64,000 bases of DNA from Chitinophagales bacterium (GTDB lineage Bacteria; Bacteroidota; Bacteroidia; Chitinophagales; UBA8649). Below are positions 38,801 to 46,810 of this stretch, in pieces; within the stretch, counting starts at the first letter, position 1; every line of letters starts with the position of its first letter. The position numbers were made by a program, and so were the translations under genes. The notes under the pieces are model-generated. The model worked only from the letters and a program-made list of their open reading frames with translations. It ran no database searches and was not told where the DNA came from. The stretch spans positions 3,326 to 67,325 of the forward strand of contig JASJJC010000015.1 in the NCBI GenBank assembly GCA_037624485.1. Direction: 5' to 3'.

Positions 38801-39936
38801 GGGATGTTTCAGGCATTACTAATGAAGTGAGAAATCCTGTAAATACATTGGATGAGTTGAGAAGTGTTACTATAGTATTCTCAAATAATCCAGCTGAGTG
38901 GTCAGATTGTGTTGTTTTTGAAACTGGAGATCGAGTAGATTTCACTAGTCAAAATGTACCTAAAGGTATGTTGCGTGCCGATAATGCCTCTGGTCCATCC
39001 ATTGGTAAATTTCCAGGCTATGCGATAAACTTAGAAACTGGAGAGCGTTTAAATATAGCGTTTGGAGAATCTTCTGAATTAGCAGCCTACAGAGGTGCTG
39101 ATCAACTATGGAATCCTACAAACGATGTTGAAGATGCGAATACGCCAGTTCCAGGTTTGGATGCTTCTTACAAAAATCCAATTTGGGGAGGTAAGCATTA
39201 TGTATACGTGTTTAATACAAGATATGATAACGGTGCAGCGGTTTACAATGCCTTGACTTCAAATTCGATTAACACTGCTCCAAATCAACAAATCCCATCG
39301 GCTATAGCAGATGTGTATGAAGATATAATGTATACTTTCATTCCTTTGGTAAATGAAGAATATACATTTATTAACCCAACTGATATTCCTACTAAAGCAA
39401 GAATTGATATTAATGTTGATAGGTCTTTCACTTCTTTTGCAACATCAGAAACATCTACACCAGAAGGGAATGCAAGTTTACCGCGATATAGATTTAGTAC
39501 TGAAGGTTTATCTCCTTTAGAAAACCAAGCGGAATTGGCAGAGTCTGTGTTAAGTAATATCCGAGTAGTACCTAATCCTTATTACGCATTTTCAACCTAT
39601 GAGGAAAATCAAGTAGATAGTGAAGTGAAAATTATCGGATTGCCAGATAGATGTATTGTTAGCATATTTACCTTGGATGGTAAATTGGTTCGACAATTTG
39701 ATAGAGCAGTAGGTGCTTCATCAAGTACATCTTCAAACCGTCAAGAATTATCAGATGGTCAACCAACTAACTCTGGAATTAACTTGGATAACTCAATCTC
39801 TTGGGATTTGAATAATACGCAGAGAATTCCAATTGGAAGTGGGTCGTATATTATTCATATCGATGCTTTTGAGTTAGGTGAGGAGGTAGTTAAAGCTGCC
39901 GTATTCATGCGACCAACAGATGTAAGTAACTTCTAA
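35854..39936 (+). CDS. 1360-aa secreted protein of unknown function with a C-terminal T9SS-CTD/FlgD-Ig-like beta-sandwich
   Basis: SPI-type signal peptide (ANFASA-EK, no lipobox). No catalytic motif recognised. C-terminal about 130 aa: RVVPNPYYAFSTYEENQVDSEVKIIGLPDRCIVSIFTLDGKLVRQFDR...ISWDLNN...IGSGSYIIHIDAFELGEEVVKAAVFMRP. Lies 19 nt after the barrel gene. Confidence 0.6.
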   Translation: MRKLVYLVLVLSIANFASAEKHIVGNSSNNSSNGGGKTGVFDCSPSTSQIDLDINNVRARILGGGDFWWDGVETAKYEIPKVDPASGATPINALFAGALWFTGLDNGGNLQCAAQTYRNQGHDFFTGPLYGNFGEVSFDECAAFDEHFKVYGSDINRMRGLFTGGNTVTKSDILALKDQGDPNSDPLQILRWPGKGNPYYLENETDKYYNEGSLAPFFDVDGNDIYDPTKGDFPIIGVSDNGVLTENFADQMIFWVINDNGNIHGRTGGTPMGVQVNCLAFAYQTADALNDMTFYTFEIIKKSPNPLFETYMGVFVDPDMGDYSDDMVGCDTTREMGYIYNQNAVDLQYGANPPILGIDYFEGPLDDNGNQLGLSSFVFFINSGPTIQQDPDDAPEFRNFQTGKWKDGSPITFGGNGVGGPTPTNYCLSGNPNNPAEWSIAQTAQLTGDDYRFVQNSGPFTLQPGDPQRISIGALTVFPDNYDGTPDIEKELGIADDLAQNLFDNNFDIIDGPDAPSLAIRELPNELVINLLNEPSSNNFGESYNEPHALPDNGSVGNDSLYRFQGYLVYQLKTDKVTAQDLDDDGQAKLIFQADLKDDLSDIYDYSDNGVGSYNANLKVSGVNDGISRNLIITEDAFATGEKFLVNNKKYYFAAVAYATTEYNPFPIIPTLPELEIFKQGRGNFKIYSAIPHQIDSRNGGTILQAEAGDALSVFRYEGEGNGGVAIRLSEASEQAILEPPFYFEDIIEYQLGFDPIKAKVIDPLKLQEVQFELVFESYELSVDTIIGADTTFTYTSSTSFADSSYWKIYVRNNQGTPIDTIFAERSFDRQYEQVISEYGISVNVNLPAPGNINLRNGVGVYSPISSLLTFEDPTKKWLSNIKDEGFPTPTNWIRDGSGIGSTFPGIFDSHQYDELTGGLDTVFYDPSTSTTPSLYGTSLLDGSIAPYCLASNYANPSVGNPPVVAEGRPEYLFGPAFRWDVWDVSGITNEVRNPVNTLDELRSVTIVFSNNPAEWSDCVVFETGDRVDFTSQNVPKGMLRADNASGPSIGKFPGYAINLETGERLNIAFGESSELAAYRGADQLWNPTNDVEDANTPVPGLDASYKNPIWGGKHYVYVFNTRYDNGAAVYNALTSNSINTAPNQQIPSAIADVYEDIMYTFIPLVNEEYTFINPTDIPTKARIDINVDRSFTSFATSETSTPEGNASLPRYRFSTEGLSPLENQAELAESVLSNIRVVPNPYYAFSTYEENQVDSEVKIIGLPDRCIVSIFTLDGKLVRQFDRAVGASSSTSSNRQELSDGQPTNSGINLDNSISWDLNNTQRIPIGSGSYIIHIDAFELGEEVVKAAVFMRPTDVSNF

Positions 39937-39965
39937 ATAGATTTAAACTTTTTTAAAATAGTAAT

Positions 39966-41474
39966 ATGAAAAGATTTTTAATTGTAGTATTAGCTTTAAT
40001 TTCTACTAATGTTTTTGCAGGAAACCCTGACCGTATTGGAGAAAATGGCGCATACCAATTGCTGATAAATGGATGGCCACGATCTACTGGATTCTGGGAT
40101 ATGTATACAGCTAGAATTACAGGAGTAGAATCCATGCGTTTGAATCCTGCAGGATTAGCTCACGTAAGAAAAATGGATGTTGTTCTTGCTCAAACGCTTT
40201 GGTTTCAAGGATCTCAAACTCAGGTTACTCAAGCAGGTTTCGCGGGTAAACTTGGTGATGATAATGTTATAGGTTTGGAACTAATGTCACTAAATACCGG
40301 TGACTTCTTTAGAACTACAGAGTCAAATCCAGACCCCAATAATGGTCTGGGAACATTTAAACCAAGATATTTGAATTTGGGTGTAACTTTTGCTCGTACG
40401 TTTTCTAATAGAATCTATGGTGGGGCAACTATCCGTTTGATTTCGGAAAGTATAGAAAATATTCGTTCTATGGGATTTGCACTAGATGCAGGTTTGCAAT
40501 ATATTCTTGGTAAAAAAGAAAATTTGCGCTTCGGAGTAAGTATCAGAAACCTAGGGACGCCAATGAAATATAGTGGTGACGGTTTTACTTTTCGAGGTGT
40601 TAGAGGTGGAAATGAATTTGATGGGACACAGTCAGCAGTAACACAGAAATACGAATTACCTGCCCAGTTAACTATTGGTGCATCTTATGATTTCTGGATT
40701 GGACCTGATTTTAAATGTGCAGGTGCTTATAATTTACATCGTCTTACGCTAACCGGTCAGTTTACTTCAAACACTTATGGTAAAGATAATTTTGGTGGAG
40801 GTGCTGAGTATTCTTTCAAGGAAGTGTTTATGGTAAGAGGTGGTTATCGTTATGAGTCAGGTCTACTGAAACCTGATGAAAGAACGAGTGCTTATACAGG
40901 TATTTCTGCAGGCATGTCTATTGAAGTCCCTTTTAAAGAAAATGGTCCATCAATGGGTATTGATTATTCCTACAGAACTTCTGATCCTTTTGGAGGAACG
41001 CATAGTATTGGCCTTCGTTTTGCATTAGGGGAAGGAGATGATCCTTGCGGTGATGAAGAAGGTGGTAAGGATGCGATGGATTCTGAGAAAAAGAAGAAAG
41101 GAAAATCGGTTAAGCTTTCAAAAAGTGAAACAGCCTTGATAGAATCAGTAGCAGCTTCAATTAATTTTGAAACAGGAAGTGATGATCTAACTGAGGCGTC
41201 TAAAGCCGTATTGAATCAATTAGCTGAATTAATGAAGGATAAAGAAAAAGCATTTTTAAACATTGCCGCTTACACGGACAACGTAGGTAATGATGATGAT
41301 AATTTGCAATTATCTAGAGAAAGAGCTTTTGCTGTTAAAACATACCTTAAGGGAAAAGGTATAGATAGCGATAGAATGAAGGCAAAGGGTCTTGGTGAAG
41401 CTGATCCAATAGCGGTTAATGATACAGAAGAGGGTAGAGCTCAAAATAGAAGAGTAGAGCTTTCTATTAATTAA
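39966..41474 (+). CDS. PorV/PorQ-superfamily-like outer-membrane barrel fused to a C-terminal OmpA_C peptidoglycan-binding domain
   Basis: Signal peptide (TNVFAG). PorV-like N-terminal pattern GAYQLLINGWPRSTGFWDMYTARITGVESMRLNPAGLA. Gly/Asp/Lys linker. OmpA_C pattern INFETGSDDL....LNIAAYTDNVGNDDDNLQLSRERAFAVKTYL...GLGEADP........GRAQNRRVEL. Confidence 0.7.
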   Translation: MKRFLIVVLALISTNVFAGNPDRIGENGAYQLLINGWPRSTGFWDMYTARITGVESMRLNPAGLAHVRKMDVVLAQTLWFQGSQTQVTQAGFAGKLGDDNVIGLELMSLNTGDFFRTTESNPDPNNGLGTFKPRYLNLGVTFARTFSNRIYGGATIRLISESIENIRSMGFALDAGLQYILGKKENLRFGVSIRNLGTPMKYSGDGFTFRGVRGGNEFDGTQSAVTQKYELPAQLTIGASYDFWIGPDFKCAGAYNLHRLTLTGQFTSNTYGKDNFGGGAEYSFKEVFMVRGGYRYESGLLKPDERTSAYTGISAGMSIEVPFKENGPSMGIDYSYRTSDPFGGTHSIGLRFALGEGDDPCGDEEGGKDAMDSEKKKKGKSVKLSKSETALIESVAASINFETGSDDLTEASKAVLNQLAELMKDKEKAFLNIAAYTDNVGNDDDNLQLSRERAFAVKTYLKGKGIDSDRMKAKGLGEADPIAVNDTEEGRAQNRRVELSIN

Positions 41475-41502
41475 TAAAATATTAATTTTACAAACTGAAA
41501 AG

Positions 41503-41537
41503 CGTTTCTACCTCGGGTAGAAACGTTTTTGTTTTTT
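41503..41537 (+). terminator. Strong rho-independent terminator closing the trio operon
   Basis: Stem CGTTTCTACC (41503-41512) / GGTAGAAACG (41516-41525), followed by TTTTTGTTTTTT. Confidence 0.8.
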
Positions 41538-41551
41538 AAATTACTTGCACT

Positions 41552-42022
41552 ATGAGTTACATATATTTGTCAAAAGAAGGTTTCGAGAAGCTAAAAGCTG
41601 AGTTACATATTTTAAAAACTAAAGGAAGATCTGAAGCAGCTCAAGCAATAGCTGAGGCAAGAGAGAAAGGGGATTTATCGGAGAATGCAGAATATGATGC
41701 AGCTAAAGAGGCTCAAGGTTTGTTGGAGAAGAAAATAGCTGAGTTAAATGATTCATTCTCTAGAGCTCGAATTTTAGATAAGTCACAATTGGATACTTCT
41801 AAGGTTGTTTTAATGAGTAAGGTGAAAGTGCGTAATGTGAAAATGAATAAAGAGTTTTCTTATCAAATAGTGGCTGGGCCTGAAGCAGATTTGTCACTAA
41901 ATAAGATATCTGTGGACTCACCAATAGGCAGTGGCTTACTTGGGAAGAAGGAAGGAGATGTAGCCAATATTCAAGTTCCCGCAGGAAGTGTTGAGTTTGA
42001 AATAATCTCAATCAGTTTCTAA
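41552..42022 (+). CDS. greA: Transcription elongation factor GreA
   Basis: LSKEGFEKLKAEL...AREKGDLSENAEYDAAKE...SPIGSGLLGKKEGD. Confidence 0.95.
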   Translation: MSYIYLSKEGFEKLKAELHILKTKGRSEAAQAIAEAREKGDLSENAEYDAAKEAQGLLEKKIAELNDSFSRARILDKSQLDTSKVVLMSKVKVRNVKMNKEFSYQIVAGPEADLSLNKISVDSPIGSGLLGKKEGDVANIQVPAGSVEFEIISISF

Positions 42023-42424
42023 ATGAGTGTGTTTACCAGGATTGTTAAGGGGGAAATCCCATCTTATAAAATTGCGGAAACAGCAGATTGCTATGCTTTT
42101 TTAGATATCAATCCTTTGGCCAAGGGCCATACGCTTGTTATTCCCAAAAAAGAAGTAGATTATCTTTTTGATTTGGATGATGACTTGTTTCAATCCTTAC
42201 AACTTTTTGCCAAACGAGTATCAATGGCAATCAAGGAGGTGGTTACTTGTGAGAGAATTGGTGTGGCAGTAATTGGACTAGAAGTTCCTCATGCGCATAT
42301 CCATTTAGTGCCTATCAACAGTATTGGAGATCTTAATTTTTCAAAGCCTAAATTGATTGTGAATGCTGAAGAAATGCAAGCCATAGCCAAGGAAATTATG
42401 AAGGCATACGATTTAAATAACTAG
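42023..42424 (+). CDS. HIT-family (histidine triad) protein
   Basis: FTRIVKGEIPSYKI...FLDINP.AKGHTLVIPK...HAHIHLVP. Confidence 0.9.
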   Translation: MSVFTRIVKGEIPSYKIAETADCYAFLDINPLAKGHTLVIPKKEVDYLFDLDDDLFQSLQLFAKRVSMAIKEVVTCERIGVAVIGLEVPHAHIHLVPINSIGDLNFSKPKLIVNAEEMQAIAKEIMKAYDLNN

Positions 42425-42981
42425 GATTTAATTCTTCCTGGATTGTCTTTAATAAATCCTTCCCAACCTTTACTTGATTTTGAAGTATTGATTCTGCCTG
42501 AAGTTTGAAAATAATGACAAACTGCTACAGCTAATCCGTCAGTAGCATCTAAATTTTTCGGCATCTCCTTAAACTTACAGACACTTTGCAGCATGGATGC
42601 AACTTGTTCCTTGCTCGCATTACCATTACCCGTTATAGCCTGCTTAATTTTACGGGGAGCATATTCTTCAATAGGAATATCACGGGTTAAAACCGCAGCC
42701 ATACTTACTCCTTGAGCTCGACCTAATTTTAGCATAGACTGAACATTCTTTCCAAAAAAAGGTGCTTCAATTGCACATAAATCAGGCTTATATTCATCTA
42801 CTATATGTTGAACACGTTCAAATATATATTTAATTTTCAATTGATGATTACTGTATTTGCTGAGGTTGACACTGCCTAATGCTATAAGTTCAATTTGCTT
42901 ATTTCGAATCCGAATAACGCCATATCCAAATATACTTGTACCTGGATCAATTCCTAAGATAATAGTTTCATTCTCTGACAT
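42421..42981 (-). CDS. ruvC: Crossover junction endodeoxyribonuclease RuvC
   Basis: ILGIDPGTSIFGYGVI, AIEAPFFGKNVQS and DATDGLAVAVCH. Confidence 0.95.
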   Translation of the reverse strand: MSENETIILGIDPGTSIFGYGVIRIRNKQIELIALGSVNLSKYSNHQLKIKYIFERVQHIVDEYKPDLCAIEAPFFGKNVQSMLKLGRAQGVSMAAVLTRDIPIEEYAPRKIKQAITGNGNASKEQVASMLQSVCKFKEMPKNLDATDGLAVAVCHYFQTSGRINTSKSSKGWEGFIKDNPGRIKS

Positions 42982-43035
42982 ACATACATTTAATTGATAA
43001 GAATAATTTATCTTTAAGCGAGAACCCCCTAAAGC

Positions 43036-44004
43036 TTGAAATCACCTACTTTACATAATGTATTAACTAATCTATTAAAGGTAATACTCTTTGTGGTATT
43101 GTTTGGTCTTATTTATTGGCAAATTGACTCAAGATCTTCAGAATTTAATTTAATAGAGAAATTTCAGGAAAGTTTTAGTTGGAGACAATTCCCCTTCCTT
43201 CTGGCTGCTATATTATTGATGCCGGTTAATATCTTTCTAGAAAGCACCAAATGGAGAATGTTTGTGAATGAATTCCTTCCTGATTTTGACATTGGGGATG
43301 CTTTAAAAAGTATGCTATGTGGAAGTTTCTTTGGTTTTATTTCTCCAAATCGAGTAGGGGAGTTTTTAGGCCGATTAAAGAGAATGCCAAAAGAATCTCG
43401 ATCGAGGTCCTTAACCGCCGGTTATTGGGGCGGTTTAGCTCAGTTCATTGTCACCTTTAGTTTCGGTGTATATATGGGAGGGCGCACAATCATGCATTAT
43501 GCCGACCTAAAATCTTTAGATATATATACCATTCCATTTGCATTGGGTATTATTCTTACTTCAAGTTTGGTTTATTTCAATTTAAAATGGGTGCTATCCA
43601 AAGTTTCTAGAATTGGATTTTTGAATAAAATAACGATTAAATATCCTATAGAATATGATGTCCCTAAGATGAAACTGCTGTTAATTTTAGTCGTCACTCT
43701 ATTTAGATACTTGGTTTACGTTTCGCAATATGTCTATTTGCTTTATTTTTTTGGTGTTGACTTACCCTATGAAGTTTTATTCTCTGCAGTTGGATCTATG
43801 TTAGTGGTTCATACCTTGTTCCCATCCGTTCCATTTATCGACTTGGGTGTAAAAGGAAATACTTTGGTACTGATTTTAAGTCGGCATTCTTCCAATGAAT
43901 TGGGAATGGTTCTGGCAGTTTTCACTATTTGGATAGTTAATATAATAATACCTGCTATTGTCGGGTATTACTTTTTCATTTCGGGAAGGAAAAAGTTAAA
44001 TTAA
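43036..44004 (+). CDS. Polytopic membrane protein, LPG-synthase-TM/UPF0104 (flippase-like) family
   Basis: About 8 TM segments; segment RVGEFLGR is typical of the family as I recall it. TTG start, start uncertain. Confidence 0.5.
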   Translation: MKSPTLHNVLTNLLKVILFVVLFGLIYWQIDSRSSEFNLIEKFQESFSWRQFPFLLAAILLMPVNIFLESTKWRMFVNEFLPDFDIGDALKSMLCGSFFGFISPNRVGEFLGRLKRMPKESRSRSLTAGYWGGLAQFIVTFSFGVYMGGRTIMHYADLKSLDIYTIPFALGIILTSSLVYFNLKWVLSKVSRIGFLNKITIKYPIEYDVPKMKLLLILVVTLFRYLVYVSQYVYLLYFFGVDLPYEVLFSAVGSMLVVHTLFPSVPFIDLGVKGNTLVLILSRHSSNELGMVLAVFTIWIVNIIIPAIVGYYFFISGRKKLN

Positions 44005-44149
44005 CTTTTTTTCCACATTTCCATATTTTTATTAACGTTGCATGTGTACTCTTTTGTTTCTAACTTTATTAGAAATCTGGGAGAATAAGTTCTAATTTTA
44101 TTGAATCAATTAGTGATTCAATTCATTCTTTTATCCTAAGCAAAAAACC

Positions 44150-45688
44150 ATGAAAGAAAATCAAGACTTTAACAAACGATTAAATGAAGCCATAAAAAAG
44201 GGTAGAGATAAGAAATCAGGGGATGGTTTGGAAAATGCTAAAATTCTTCCGCAAGCAAGAGATCTAGAAGAAGCGGTCTTGGGAGCAGTAATGCTGGAAG
44301 CAGAAGCATTTGATAAAGTGGTGGAGATAATCAAGCCAGAAAGTTTTTATGTAGATGCACACCTTAAAATTTATAGAGCTATGCAGAAGCTCTACGAGGA
44401 AAATCAGCCCATTGATATTCTTACGGTAAATGAAAAATTGAAATTAACTGGCGACCTCGATATGGTTGGTGGTTCATATTTCATTGCATCTTTAACCAAT
44501 AAAGTCTCCTCTTCAGCCAATATTGAGTTTCATGCCAGAATTATTGCACAGAAACACTTACAAAGAGAATTGATTAATGTTAGCGGTGAAATGCTTAAAG
44601 ATGCCTATGATGACACAGTTGATGTATTCGATTTATTAGATAAAGCAGAGGGTGAGTTGTTCGAACTTAGTGAGAACAACATGAAGAAAAATACGGAAAA
44701 AATTAGTTCTATACTCCTAGAGGAATTAGAAGAGATTGATCAACGAAGACTAAGAGCGGTCGATGGAGATGTACTCACTGGAGTTGGTTCTGGTTTTACC
44801 GAATTGGATAGGTTGACTGCTGGATGGCAAAAATCAGATTTGATTATTTTAGCTGCTCGTCCAGGTATGGGGAAAACGGCTTTTACTTTAGCTTTGGCTA
44901 GGAATGCTTCTGTTGATCTAGAAAAACCAGTTGCATTCTTTTCTTTGGAAATGTCGTCTAATCAATTGGTCAGTAGATTGATTTCAATGGAAACTGAAAT
45001 TGATTCGGATAAGTTGAGAAAAGGTACGTTGCTGGAAAGGGAATGGAAACACCTCACAAAAAATATTGATACTCTCCAAAATGCCCCTCTTTATGTAGAT
45101 GATACTCCGGCTATTGGCGTATTTGAATTACGTGCAAAGTGCAGACGACTTAAGGCTAAGAATGATATCTCAATGATTGTCATTGATTATCTTCAACTTA
45201 TGACTGGTGCAAATGATGGAAAGGGGAATGGTAATAGAGAACAAGAAATTTCTTATATCTCCAGATCATTGAAAGGTATTGCCAAAGAACTAAATGTACC
45301 TGTTATTGCTCTGTCTCAGCTAAGTAGAGCGGTTGAAACAAGAGGCGGCACAAAAAGACCTATGTTGTCTGATTTGAGAGAGTCTGGGGCGATTGAGCAA
45401 GATGCGGACATGGTAATGTTCTTGTATCGACCAGACTATTATGGTATAACGGAAGATGAGGATAACCAGGATTGCAGAGGAATAGCTGAGGTTATTGTGG
45501 CTAAGAATAGGCATGGAGCCTTGCGCACAGTCAAGGTTAGATTTGTAGCTAATTTTGCCAAATTTGTCAATCTAGATACTCAATTTATGGAATTGCCACA
45601 AGATTACAACAATACCATTACAAAGGGTTCAAGAATGAATGATCCGGAAGATGATAATGATAATGCTGATAATTCAACTCCCTTCTAA
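44150..45688 (+). CDS. dnaB: Replicative DNA helicase DnaB
   Basis: LPQARDLEEAVLGAVM, Walker A AARPGMGKTAF, SLEMS, IDYLQLM and LSQLSRAVE. No intein-sized insertion. Confidence 0.95.
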   Translation: MKENQDFNKRLNEAIKKGRDKKSGDGLENAKILPQARDLEEAVLGAVMLEAEAFDKVVEIIKPESFYVDAHLKIYRAMQKLYEENQPIDILTVNEKLKLTGDLDMVGGSYFIASLTNKVSSSANIEFHARIIAQKHLQRELINVSGEMLKDAYDDTVDVFDLLDKAEGELFELSENNMKKNTEKISSILLEELEEIDQRRLRAVDGDVLTGVGSGFTELDRLTAGWQKSDLIILAARPGMGKTAFTLALARNASVDLEKPVAFFSLEMSSNQLVSRLISMETEIDSDKLRKGTLLEREWKHLTKNIDTLQNAPLYVDDTPAIGVFELRAKCRRLKAKNDISMIVIDYLQLMTGANDGKGNGNREQEISYISRSLKGIAKELNVPVIALSQLSRAVETRGGTKRPMLSDLRESGAIEQDADMVMFLYRPDYYGITEDEDNQDCRGIAEVIVAKNRHGALRTVKVRFVANFAKFVNLDTQFMELPQDYNNTITKGSRMNDPEDDNDNADNSTPF

Positions 45689-45701
45689 ATCAGTTAAGTT
45701 T

Positions 45702-46778
45702 TTACTTTTGTGCGAGACGCACGAAGATTATCCCTATTACAATAAAAATAAAATTGGGTATCCATATCCCCCAAAAGGCATCTAAACCTGCATTGGTGGC
45801 ATAAGTGGTTGTAAATTTTGCGGTTAACTCATAGAGTCCTGCTAAAACAATCGCTGTGACGATATGCAAGCCTAATCCTCCTCGCACTTTACGGGAAGCT
45901 AGCGAATATCCTATTATCGTTAGAATAATCAAGCTAAAAACGGAGGCTGTGCGTCGATGTAACTCTAATGAGTAATACACAATGTTATTTTGTCCCGCAT
46001 CGCGTAAGGTTTGAATATATGCCTTGAGCTCCGGAGTGGTCATTTCATCCTTTGAAGACACTTTGACATCTAAATTTTTTGGAGAAAAGTTTAAAACCGT
46101 ATCCATGGTATTTCCAAAGATGATTTTTTCCTCGCCATTTTCAAAAGTCCTTATGGTATATGTTTGTATTCGCCAAGATTGGAGTGAATCGATCCAAATT
46201 GCTTTGTCAGAATTTAGCTTATAGGTTAATTGATTATTCTCAATATGCTCTAAACTCATTTTGAGTCCAGTATTAGTCTCTGTGGTGAAGCGTGAAAAAT
46301 ATAAATAGGTGTGCTCATCTAATTTTCGATGAACATTCATTAACCAGTAATTTTTCCAAGAGGTTAAATATTCCCATTCAAAAGCTAAGCGATTTTTATT
46401 TGCATTTGGAACAAGATAATGATTCGAGTAAAACAAAATACCCCCCAAAATACTGGCACCAATAAAGTAAGGCAGCATTAATCGGTAGAAGCTCACGCCT
46501 CCGCTAGTCATTGCAATAATCTCCGAACGTGCAGCTAATTGAGCAGTAAAAAAAACTACTGCAACTAAGACAAAAAATGGCCCCAATAAAGCCGAAATAT
46601 GAGGAATAAAATTTAAATAGTATTGAGAGAAAATCATTCCCCAACTTGCTTCACTCTTTATGAAATTATCAATCTTTTCAGATAAATCGATGACCACAGC
46701 GATCATGACTAATAACATTAGAATGAAAAAGAATGTCCCTAGAAATTTCTTAATAATATAGAGGTCGATTTTCTTCAA
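45702..46778 (-). CDS. LptF/LptG-family permease (YjgP/YjgQ)
   Basis: MKKIDLYIIKKFLGTFFFILMLLV..., with 3 + 3 TM architecture around a periplasmic domain. Confidence 0.8.
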   Translation of the reverse strand: MKKIDLYIIKKFLGTFFFILMLLVMIAVVIDLSEKIDNFIKSEASWGMIFSQYYLNFIPHISALLGPFFVLVAVVFFTAQLAARSEIIAMTSGGVSFYRLMLPYFIGASILGGILFYSNHYLVPNANKNRLAFEWEYLTSWKNYWLMNVHRKLDEHTYLYFSRFTTETNTGLKMSLEHIENNQLTYKLNSDKAIWIDSLQSWRIQTYTIRTFENGEEKIIFGNTMDTVLNFSPKNLDVKVSSKDEMTTPELKAYIQTLRDAGQNNIVYYSLELHRRTASVFSLIILTIIGYSLASRKVRGGLGLHIVTAIVLAGLYELTAKFTTTYATNAGLDAFWGIWIPNFIFIVIGIIFVRLAQK

Positions 46779-46810
46779 TGAATGGTAACTTATTTAATAA
46801 ACTCTTTTTT

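Noticed and set aside
44008-44016. TTTTCCACA, a DnaA-box-like 9-mer (TTWTNCACA) upstream of dnaB
   Set aside because: There is only a single copy, with no box cluster, no adjacent AT-rich unwinding element and no dnaA or dnaN. It is not an origin.
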